A stretch of 64,000 nt of DNA from Trypanosoma brucei (lineage: Eukaryota), in assembly GCA_000002445.1 (NCBI GenBank), contig CM000208.1, positions 1,888,001 to 1,952,000 on the forward strand, given 5' to 3'. The translations under genes were made by a program, and so were the position numbers. Below, one piece after another: positions 11,288 to 20,008 of the stretch. The notes beneath the pieces are model-generated. The model saw only the letters and a program-made list of their open reading frames with translations, was not told where the DNA came from and did not search any database. Numbering within the stretch: position 1 is the stretch's first letter; the number at the start of each line of letters is the position of its first letter.

Positions 11288-14113
11288 TCAACAAATGAGT
11301 CCATATGAAGATATCACCATTTCACGAATATTAGAATCCACGAGTCCCAGCTGCTCCCTTAGCAAAGATGAGTGCTTGTTGCTATAAAATGAGAGCAATA
11401 ATTTGATGCTCTCGTGTGTTCCCGGGAAGTTACAAGCCGACTGCCTCCAGCTGTAAACAAGCCTCATGACGTCGGGCAGGATATCACGCGCGACATCTTC
11501 CACTGCTAAAAGAACATTTACTAGATGTATCGTTGCAACAGACTTATCGTATGCGTTTTCGCACTCCGTTATAATTCGGGTAATAACATCTGGTCGCGCA
11601 TGCACTACAAGACCAGGTGCCGCTTCCAGGGCACTACATACTTCGAACGCCATCTGGGAGAACAGCAACTGAGATTCACTAAAGGCGTCGCTTCGAAGCA
11701 CATCAACAGCCGCCTTAAATGCGCAGAATACACCGTTTGGGGATTCGTGCGAATACGACTTCACCATCAGCATAATTAAGTATACAAATTCTAGCTTATT
11801 TTGTAGGTCACCAGCTGTAATTACGGAAGACGTCAGTTTTCCTAGAAGCTCCTCTACTATTCCCTGAGGAAAAGCACAAGTGCCGGCATTTTTTAATAGT
11901 CGATGAAGAAGGGTGACAGCAGCCACCTGAACTGCTAACTCCTCCGATGGATTAAAAAGTTGAAATGCCAGTACGGCAATGCATCCCTGAGTACGAGAAC
12001 ACCAACCAGCAAGGGAACTCGATGGAGTTACATTGGCGCAATTCGCAGCGATAAAAAGGACGTTGAGTAGCAGGCTGATATCGTCCCTAATATTCCTCTC
12101 AATGATGTCCCTTAATACTACACTCCACGCATCAAGCAGCTCAAGAGAAACTGCAGGATCAGGAAATCTCGTTAACATTCCGATAATAGCCCGATCAACT
12201 GAAAAAACATCCTTATCGACAAACACGTTTGGCGTTTCATTAATATAGTAAGCTACATACGTAGTCTCAAACCCCTTGGTGCGCTCAATTCTGTTCGCCC
12301 TGAATGCAGCACTCAAAAGCGCCACGGTATTCTGATCCTCTGATAGCGCAGCTAGGTGCATGGCCAAATCACAAAGAATGAAAAGATTACCATCGTTATA
12401 GAACGGCAGGCAACTGATAACCATCTCGATCAAAGACGGGAGATCACCTGTAACTTTTTCGGTAGTGCCCATAGTATGGGCTGTCATGAATGCGGTGTTG
12501 ATAGCGGTGACAGCGGCATGACGGACACGTTTGCTCCTGCTTTGCAGGCGAGACGCAAATGCATTGATAATTTTGCTGATGGTGCTGTCATCCTGTGCGT
12601 ATGTCCATTCCAAAACCCGTGACAATGACCACAGCGACATGCTCACAACAAAAATATTTTCAGATGGAGATAAAACGGCGGATATCAACTGCTCAACAAC
12701 AGCCGGAAGTGTATCACCAATCTCGTCGTAGCAACCGTTAGCCATTGCACCGACAAGAACGATAGCTGCCTCCTTGTACTGCCATTCGCCATCCCACAAG
12801 GCTTTAACTTTTTCGATCAGGTGCGGGAATGTTTGCTTGCTCGAAAGAACGCAAAGAGCATCTATGCAACGGAGTGCTGTTGAACGCAACGTTGCAGTTC
12901 CATGGTTATCGTCGAGCGCAGAATCCTCAGATATATCATACTTTTGCTCGTTTAGATGGAAATCAACGGCTGCCGGGTCCCTCATGCTGCAGTCGTCCTC
13001 AGATAGAATATTCTCCACATCTTCCCTTGTCATGGGTACATAAGTTACCAAAGCAGACACAAGACTCGGCAGTGACTCAATTAGAGGTTGAATGAGAGCA
13101 CATATGTAACCCTCACCTCCCATCTTGTCGTACATCTCCATTGTTAGCGTTAAGAGGTCTATTGCGGAAATTTTTAACTGGACGTCGTGTTCAGTTACAA
13201 TTCCAGCCGACACACTAGTGCAAATAGTATCCCTGCTCCAGCATTTAATGAACCTAGCCATGTCGGATTCTGGCATAGGGGTAAAGTATTCCAAGTAGTC
13301 GAGCATCACACCACAAGAGCGGAATACTTGTATTTTTAGCTCAACGTCACCTCCACAATTCTGTTCAGAAAGCAGGCAACAAAGGTTAGTGAAAGTACGA
13401 CTGCCGCTCGTCAGTCCGATTTGTAGAGGTGACAAGCTCTCTACGTTCCAGTCAAGGGATTGTGCTTGTTCATACATATTCGAACACATACGAAAAGCAG
13501 CCTTTCGGACACCCCATTGGGCGTTTGGGTCCAAGACAAGTACTGCGACACGCTCAATAATATCCTTACTTGCAAGACCTACCTCTTCTGGAAGGTCCTC
13601 CACAAGGTACTGAAGGGTATATAAAGCCGAAAAGGTCTTCACCTCTCCCGCCATCAGCAGGTCGTTTAGAAGTGTGTTAGGGAGATTACCCAGCCCACAC
13701 TCCTCCCACCAGCTAAATGAGGTTAATACTGTTATCTTTACAACAATTTGAGCAGCTACGCGGGCGATTCGAACATCTGTCGGGTTAACAAGAACAGCTA
13801 GTGAACAGCCAGCCGCCTCCCTTATAGCCGCTTCACCCAAAGCAAGCTTACACCGCTCCAAGTTGTTCTTTAGGGTAATCCCAGCCAACCGCCTGTACTG
13901 TACCCAGTTGCCGCCGAGGTCAACGTCAACCGGGCATGTTTCCGCACCGAACAAATATGATAACAACACGAAGAACGTTGAGTCCGATTGATACCGTTGC
14001 AATTCTTCGTATGCCTTTTTTGAGTTGTGAACGTTAACACCATTATCGCGAAGAAGGTGTAGCACTTTCACAACATCACCTGATGTTATGGAATAACCTC
14101 CCGCAAAACTCAT
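11288..14113 (-). CDS. Importin-beta family karyopherin (transportin-like), HEAT-repeat protein.
   Basis: 941 aa. The N-terminus resembles the importin-beta N-terminal domain (LHLLRDNG...AYEELQRYQSDSTFFVLLSYLFG). The rest has helical-repeat character throughout. Confidence 0.7.
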   Translation of the reverse strand: MSFAGGYSITSGDVVKVLHLLRDNGVNVHNSKKAYEELQRYQSDSTFFVLLSYLFGAETCPVDVDLGGNWVQYRRLAGITLKNNLERCKLALGEAAIREAAGCSLAVLVNPTDVRIARVAAQIVVKITVLTSFSWWEECGLGNLPNTLLNDLLMAGEVKTFSALYTLQYLVEDLPEEVGLASKDIIERVAVLVLDPNAQWGVRKAAFRMCSNMYEQAQSLDWNVESLSPLQIGLTSGSRTFTNLCCLLSEQNCGGDVELKIQVFRSCGVMLDYLEYFTPMPESDMARFIKCWSRDTICTSVSAGIVTEHDVQLKISAIDLLTLTMEMYDKMGGEGYICALIQPLIESLPSLVSALVTYVPMTREDVENILSEDDCSMRDPAAVDFHLNEQKYDISEDSALDDNHGTATLRSTALRCIDALCVLSSKQTFPHLIEKVKALWDGEWQYKEAAIVLVGAMANGCYDEIGDTLPAVVEQLISAVLSPSENIFVVSMSLWSLSRVLEWTYAQDDSTISKIINAFASRLQSRSKRVRHAAVTAINTAFMTAHTMGTTEKVTGDLPSLIEMVISCLPFYNDGNLFILCDLAMHLAALSEDQNTVALLSAAFRANRIERTKGFETTYVAYYINETPNVFVDKDVFSVDRAIIGMLTRFPDPAVSLELLDAWSVVLRDIIERNIRDDISLLLNVLFIAANCANVTPSSSLAGWCSRTQGCIAVLAFQLFNPSEELAVQVAAVTLLHRLLKNAGTCAFPQGIVEELLGKLTSSVITAGDLQNKLEFVYLIMLMVKSYSHESPNGVFCAFKAAVDVLRSDAFSESQLLFSQMAFEVCSALEAAPGLVVHARPDVITRIITECENAYDKSVATIHLVNVLLAVEDVARDILPDVMRLVYSWRQSACNFPGTHESIKLLLSFYSNKHSSLLREQLGLVDSNIREMVISSYGLIC

Positions 14114-14189
14114 TGAAAACTTTACTTTACCTCATGGGGGAAAGTGGAGCAGAAGCAACGGTAGTAATGTCAAAATGAAAACCAGCAGT

Positions 14190-14225
14190 TACCATTATTC
14201 AACGGCTTAAAAAAAAAAACTAAAG
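14190..14225 (+). promoter_or_regulatory. Purine-rich tract on the plus strand, equal to a polypyrimidine tract on the minus strand, just 5' of the karyopherin CDS. Candidate trans-splice acceptor region.
   Basis: Sequence gcttaaaaaaaaaaactaaag and purine-rich flanks downstream (plus coordinates) of the 14113 start. The same pattern recurs upstream of other minus-strand CDSs, e.g. 44284-44350 and 61261-61330. Confidence 0.4.
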
Positions 14226-15195
14226 TCAATAATGTAAAGTGAACATTTTAATCACATAACCCCAATCTCTCGCCTGGTTCCGTAGTCTTCGAAAGGTCCA
14301 GACGTGTGTGAACGGTGAGAAAAGAGCAGGTGCATAGTGCACCGAGCACCAAGTGAGAACTAGTGATCGCTCACGCGAAGAATCTCTGCACCCATGGAAA
14401 GTCGATGCATTTGCCACGCATTCCTCTACTCACGCCCCCACACAAAGCAGACCCTACCATTAGGAAGGAACATAGTGGAAGCACAGAGTCATAGCAGTGC
14501 TGAATGTAATGACGGTTAAAGGGAACCTGTCCCCGCTATGATTACACCAGCAAAGCTCTACCCAACGAAGCACCCATTGGTGAAAAAGCGGAGAGCCACT
14601 GCTAACAGAGAAGTGCTTGAGCATTGCTCTCAAAAATAAAAAAATGGAAGGTGAACCTTTTCATCACAAAAGCAAAAGAGTTAGTGCAACTGGCAAATGC
14701 ATCCTGGAACTAAGCGCTTGGTGAAGTACACGGACACTCCACGCCCAGAGCGTGTTCAAACGCTTATGCGCCGGATATATCATTTGCTATCCAGGGGGGG
14801 AGGGTCAAAGCACTGTCGCTTGGTCGTCTCCAACATCACCCACAGCCTTACATGCACATACGATCATCAGAGAAAACTTTCCTTGAGGTTGCCGACGACT
14901 CCAACGTGCTTATCCTCCTCTTCCTTTCTTACCTTGGGCTGTCTCGGTAACAGCCCGCGCCGCATACCAGAGTTGGCCAGTACATTCAGGATCCGTCAAG
15001 GCTACCCCAATTCGATTACAAGGTTAGACTGCATCCGAAGCGGTAACGAGGGTGGGCGGGCTTAACCACGGTATGCTTGCCATTGGAGTATCTCTGTGGT
15101 GAAAATTACAACATCCCCCTGGACTTAGTTGCTGCTCACTCCACATCCTAGCGTGGATGCGCGCGGTGTCGAGACAGAAAAACATCGCGGTTGCA

Positions 15196-15230
15196 CCCCC
15201 TCCCCCCCCCCCCCACACACACACACAACA
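15196..15230. repeat. Homopolymer C19 followed by (CA)n on the plus strand. On the minus strand this is G-run plus (GT)n.
   Basis: ccccctcccccccccccccccacacacacacacaaca, read directly. Confidence 0.9.
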
Positions 15231-15530
15231 CCGCCGCACCAAACAATGCCTAGTAACCGCACTTCCCAAGCTGGGTCCCGGCTGCTGTGCCGATGTGGAA
15301 GCAGTAGCATAACAGCACCGACATGGATGCAATATGAGAAAACCCCATGCTGGGAACCGACGACCCCAAACGGCTAGCAGCAGCGCACCCCAACAGAATG
15401 CGCCACTGGCAGCTGTTCAAAGAAGGGAAGCCCGAGGTAATACGGACCAAGAAAACGTAAGCCCTTTTCAACCCTCTGTGATGCCAGCCTCAAACTCCCG
15501 AATACGGACAGGGCAATGGAAGATGGTTGT

Positions 15531-15552
15531 CCCCCCCCCCCCCCCCCCCCCC
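15531..15552. repeat. Poly-C tract of 22 nt, equal to poly-G on the minus strand.
   Basis: Read directly. Confidence 0.9.
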
Positions 15553-16000
15553 GAGGCCCGTCAGATCCATCTTCCCCTAGCGGAATACGCGACCCGGCAA
15601 AACTATGCACTCCAACGGCGCGTCACGCCCCCGTTTCGTCTGTACGGATCGGACGAAACAAGTTCCCCGCATCTCTAGGGTTTTGTTACAGCAATAAACT
15701 GATGATAACTGGAGAGACCTCCTGCGGTGACGCACCTGTTTCTCAAGAAAAGATGGGGGCGCTGCAGCCTCTCTTCCTGCCTGCGGATGTGCTTTCTTTT
15801 TCATTTAAGTTGCTATTTCTCTGTATATATGAAGATGCAGGTCAGACAACCTGTGGAGTGGGACTGGAGACGTGCTCACCGAAGCGCTCTGAGTGTGCGG
15901 TACGGCCCAATCGGGATAGGGAGATGCAGAGACCCTTTCCACCTAACAGGATGAACGTTCTAAAAGTAGAAAAGAAAAATAAAAATTGGGGTGTTCCCGC

Positions 16001-16072
16001 GGCCCAGTGGTCTAGTGGCATGATTCTCCCTTAGGGTGGGAGAGGTCCCGGGTTCAATTCCCGGCTGGGCCC
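16001..16072 (+). tRNA. tRNA-Pro (anticodon AGG).
   Basis: Cloverleaf: acceptor GGCCCAG/CTGGGCC, anticodon stem CTCCC/GGGAG, loop TTAGGGT, T-arm CCCGG-TTCAATT-CCGGG. Near-identical in outline to canonical eukaryotic tRNA-Pro. Followed by TTTT. Confidence 0.9.
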
Positions 16073-16132
16073 TCTTTTCGATTCCTTGTCAGGAATAAGG
16101 CAAACAAGGCGGTGAAGGTCAACGGCATGCGT

Positions 16133-16204
16133 GGCCGCTTAGCTCAATGGCAGAGCGCCGTCCTAGTAAGACGGAGGTCGGGGGTTCGATCCCCCCAGTG
16201 GCCT
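16133..16204 (+). tRNA. tRNA-Thr (anticodon AGU).
   Basis: Acceptor GGCCGCT/AGTGGCC, D-stem GCTC/GAGC, anticodon stem CCGTC/GACGG, loop CTAGTAA, T-arm GGGGG-TTCGATC-CCCCC. Terminator cgttttt follows. Confidence 0.9.
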
Positions 16205-19200
16205 CGTTTTTCACCACTTCACAACGGCCTTTGCTCGTCGGGGAGGCGGGAAACGCAGACACCAAAGGGCCGGTGGCTTAGTCAGATTCGGTTGGCGAAA
16301 ACTGGCAGGGTACTTGTTGCTTGTGCTCCCCTCTTTCCTCTTCTTTTTCTTTGGTACACGTAAGAAGGGAGGGAGTGGTGAACATGAGGAAATGCAAGGT
16401 GCCCTGGGGTCTCCACGAAGAGAAAAGGAATCATCCAACCAGTTCGTAACCATTCGTCTCTTCCCAACTACCGCACAATTTAATGAGCGGCGGAAAACTT
16501 CCCAAGTCAATGTCCATCTCCTTTGTAAATCTATCACAACTTAAAAACACACATGAATGGAACCTCTGAATAGTGCCGTGCAAGTGAGGGTTAGCGTCCC
16601 TCCCCCCTCCCCCACCCTCAAAAGTGGCCAACTTCACTTTTTTATCGGTCAATTTTTTTTTATTCGTTGAGGCGACGCCCATTTTTGGCATCACCACAGC
16701 AAGGAAAACGCTAAAAATTTTTGGTGCAGTGCCATTATGTTTTAGTTTTATTCCTAATTTATCGACCAGTTGCCGTTACCTTTTTCGCAATCCACTGATT
16801 TATCTTTAGCATTGCGTAGGGGAACGAAAGTTTCCCCTCGTATCCACGAGAGATGTAATTTTATCCGGCATTACGTCCTTCTCCGGTATTCACTTTTTTT
16901 CGGAGAAAGGAAAAGGCAAAAGAAACGCCATTTGATCGCGTCCTATGGTTTCTCACCACCACCCTTTCCCATGCCCCCATAACGAGTGGGCGCCCTCGTC
17001 TGCTTCACAAGTTTCTCGTACAAGCGACTTTTCCGCGGAAAGGGAACATTGGAATTTCGTGTAGCCACCGTTTCTACGAGAAGAATGAAATGAGTTATTG
17101 CTTACCCGAAAATAGAGGTCCTAACCAATCGAAAGCTAAAGTAAATAGACAAATCGCGCCGAAAGTACGCGCAGCGATTTTCTAACATTACCCTTGCAAC
17201 TCCCTCACCCTTTCAGCAAGCACGCAGAGGGCCTGGGAACTGACGAGTGGTGGATATACCATAAAAGTGCATCGTTGGGATCTTTTTCTGAGGCTGCAAA
17301 AATGCATGTTTCAGCAAAATCCGCATCTTGATTGCCACAAGCCCGCGTATGTGTTACTCACTTCTCTCTCTTTAACGGTAACTCCCGAAGGAGGCTGTAT
17401 GTCACCCCTTCCGTGGTGGAAGATCGTAACGAATTTACGGATGCCACAGTTGGAGGACATTTTAACGTTTGACCGAAGTATCGAGGAAGACACACTCACC
17501 CCTATAAATCCCTGCACCATCGGAAAATAGAAACCCATAAGTTGGTGGAAGCAATAGCTTCTGCGCCCCCAATCGCCTCCCTAAGGTGACGATATTCGCT
17601 TGATCCAAATAAACCCTTCGATAAGTTCACCACCTCTTCCCGGTCCCCTTTGTGGGTGTTATAACTGACATATTGGGTTCCCTGTGCATAATTCGCAGTC
17701 GACCGCAGAGAGCGAGGCAAGACGCATACCACGGCGTGGAGGTGGAATAGCGAGTGGTGCAGCTGCAAGCTTTCCGGCTTCGAACTTTCTTTCCTTAAAA
17801 AAGATACTGGGCCTTTGCAAGGCGGTGAAACGGCCGGTATCACGCTCTTTCCCCTTCCTACTACCCGCGCGTTTCACGACTCTCCCCAATGGTCGAGTCA
17901 AATGAGAAATGCAGCAGCGTTAGCGGATTTTTTGTGCAACGCAATCGACTATACTACTCGTACCATTTAAATCCCATCTCCATCCTCATTTCCCAAGACC
18001 CCTTTGTTGCCTCTATGCAATCGCAAAAGGTAATTATGAAGGTCATACGTACTTCAATTGCCTATCTGGATCGGCGCGAGCTGTACATTTATGGGAGGAA
18101 TCTTCCTGTATACCTTCGGTTATGCGTGCAGGTGCTATTTGGATTTGTCTTGTGTCTATATTTCCGCTGCGTTAAAATTCTCTTAGTTGCAAATATTTAC
18201 TTGTAAAAGTTACATTTTAGATCCTTAGTGGATGCGAGAAGGCTGACAGTGTTTGGTACTAGATTTTTGGGATTGTGAATCCTGTGAACACCCGTTTGTT
18301 GTATGGGGAACCCTGTTTTCTGTTTGCAGCCGGCCGTGGCCTCACTGCATTTGGTTCGATACTGGCCGCTGTGGCTGAGTACTCTCTTCTTCCGAGTCGC
18401 ACCCTTCAGCGCAGCATTTTCCTCCAGCGTACGCGCCCGCAATTTTCATGTCGGCAAATATATGCTCAGTGTTAAAAGTAAAGGACCTCAATATTCCGAT
18501 TCCACCCGGGATATTATAACCAACTGAACTGTTCATAACCCGATAGACCTTACTTTAATTATTTAATACCTCTCCACTGGGACTCGCTCTTTTAGCGGCG
18601 CGTGACTGATGCTGTTTAGTGCTGCGCCTTAATAGCGACGCTCGTTGTTTCCTCAGTTCTGGAAAACACAAGCGCTCCGTGGTGAGTGTGCCATGGCGGC
18701 TCTGACCGATTTGCTGGGATGAATTACCCGGTCGTTGCGTGTTAACTCCGCGGGTCTAGCCGAGATTTTTTGCCTCCCTCTGGACAAGCTAAACTGAATG
18801 GGGACCTTCTTTTGGAGCAGTTAGTATGGAGTGGCCATCCCTTGGAACAGGTAGCATGCTTTACTCCAAATTTGCCCCCGACAAAATCGATTGGACTAGA
18901 GCTAGCCGGATCGCAGACAAGCCCGCTTCCCGGCCACATGGGACTGATGCACAATCGATGTTGATCCTCCTGGTCGAAGCACCTGAGAGTGATGAATTGG
19001 CTGTCACAGGTACAGCGGACGACGTGGGTGACGACGCGGCTTCACCAGTGACCAGTATCAGGTGGCAAGGACTATGGCATCTTATTTCGTTTCTGTCGGG
19101 CAGACTCTTAGTTAGCAGAAATGTGCTCGCCGCCCGTGGGATTTTGTTCGTAGTTTGCTGTTGGACGAAGCGCGACGGCAGTCGGTTGCTGGACTCAACT

Positions 19201-19489
19201 TTATGTCTCTTATTAGGGTCTCTGGCCACTTTGGCACAGAAGGCAGTCGCGAAGCCGAGTTCCAGCGGACCCAATTGCTACCTTTCCTTCCGTGGGAAAA
19301 GCGAAAAAAATATTGACACCGGACGGAAACAACCGCCGACACCCCAAAGTTTAAACGCTAATCGGCTGCGCCGCCTAGTAAAAGTCGAGACGGCGATGCC
19401 AGCCAGTGCTCAACACTGACTTACTTGTTACAAAAACTAACCATCACTTTAAATAAATATTTTGTTACAATAAACACCATGACCACCGC

Positions 19490-19567
19490 CGCCTGGCGCT
19501 GCTTGTTCAGCCGCTTCCATACCACGTGGTTTTTCGTCTGTCGAGGGTTCGAATCCACGGCTGGCTG
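19490..19567 (+). other. tRNA-like element or tRNA pseudogene. It has an intact B-box/T-loop (GGTTCGAATCC) but no clean cloverleaf, and a T-run follows.
   Basis: GGTTCGAATCC lies at 19546-19556. The 3' end ggctggctg is followed by tttt. I could not pair an acceptor or T-stem without at least two mismatches, and an internal ttttt sits at 19530-19534. Confidence 0.3.
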
Positions 19568-19649
19568 TTTTCTTCCCAGGACGTGCTTAAAATGATAACG
19601 ATCTGCTCATTGCGGTGTGTCGATGTTTTGTGCTGTAGCGGTGTCCCGT

Positions 19650-19731
19650 GGCGAGATGGTCGAGTGGTCTAAGACGTTGGATTAAGGTTCCAATCCTTCC
19701 GAGGGCGTGGGTTCAAACCCCACTCTCGTCA
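19650..19731 (+). tRNA. tRNA-Leu (anticodon AAG), class II with a long variable arm.
   Basis: Acceptor GGCGAGA/TCTCGTC, anticodon stem TTGGA/TCCAA, loop TTAAGGT, variable arm about 13 nt, T-arm GTGGG-TTCAAAC-CCCAC. Followed by ctttttg. Confidence 0.85.
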
Positions 19732-19792
19732 ACTTTTTGCGAACCGGCGACCTTTATTTTCCTTTGGAGAAAAAAGGGTGGATGTGAAAACT

Positions 19793-19864
19793 TAGCACCG
19801 GTTGGTTTCGATCCAACGTCCTATGGGTTATGAGCCCATCGCGCTTCCCCTGCGCCACGGTGCT
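19793..19864 (-). tRNA. Initiator tRNA-Met (anticodon CAU).
   Basis: Reverse complement reads AGCACCG-TG-GCGC-AGGGGAA-GCGC-G-ATGGG-CTCATAA-CCCAT-AGGAC-GTTGG-ATCGAAA-CCAAC-CGGTGCT-A. It has the eukaryotic initiator hallmarks A54/A60 (GATCGAAACC) and three G-C pairs in the anticodon stem. T-run downstream on the minus strand. Confidence 0.9.
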
Positions 19865-19936
19865 TCGGGGACCCGGCGCTATCTCCAATCTACTCCAGCA
19901 TAGGTGCATAAGTTGGACCTGGTGCCCCGCCGGTGT

Positions 19937-20008
19937 GGCCGTTTGGTCTAGTGGTATGATTCCTGCTTTGGGTGCAGGAGGTCACGGGTTCAATTCCCGT
20001 AACGGCCC
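19937..20008 (+). tRNA. tRNA-Pro (anticodon UGG).
   Basis: Acceptor GGCCGTT/AACGGCC, anticodon stem CCTGC/GCAGG, loop TTTGGGT, T-arm CACGG-TTCAATT-CCGTA-like. Followed by ttttctgg. Confidence 0.9.

Noticed and set aside
16265-16330. ggcttagtcagattcggttgg looked like a tRNA D-arm/T-arm.
   Set aside because: No acceptor or anticodon stem can be paired on either strand, and there is no TTCRA T-loop. Retained only as part of the vague small-RNA candidate.
18330-18385. tggttcgatactgg resembles a tRNA T-loop.
   Set aside because: The flanking sequence cannot form a T-stem or acceptor stem on either strand.
18826-19419. 197-aa plus-strand ORF in the boundary region.
   Set aside because: It is the only sizeable ORF in the gap, on the opposite strand to everything else. 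Its composition is Ala/Ser/Leu-rich and unremarkable. It overlaps the candidate small-RNA locus. Most likely chance, but it could be tested by ribosome profiling.
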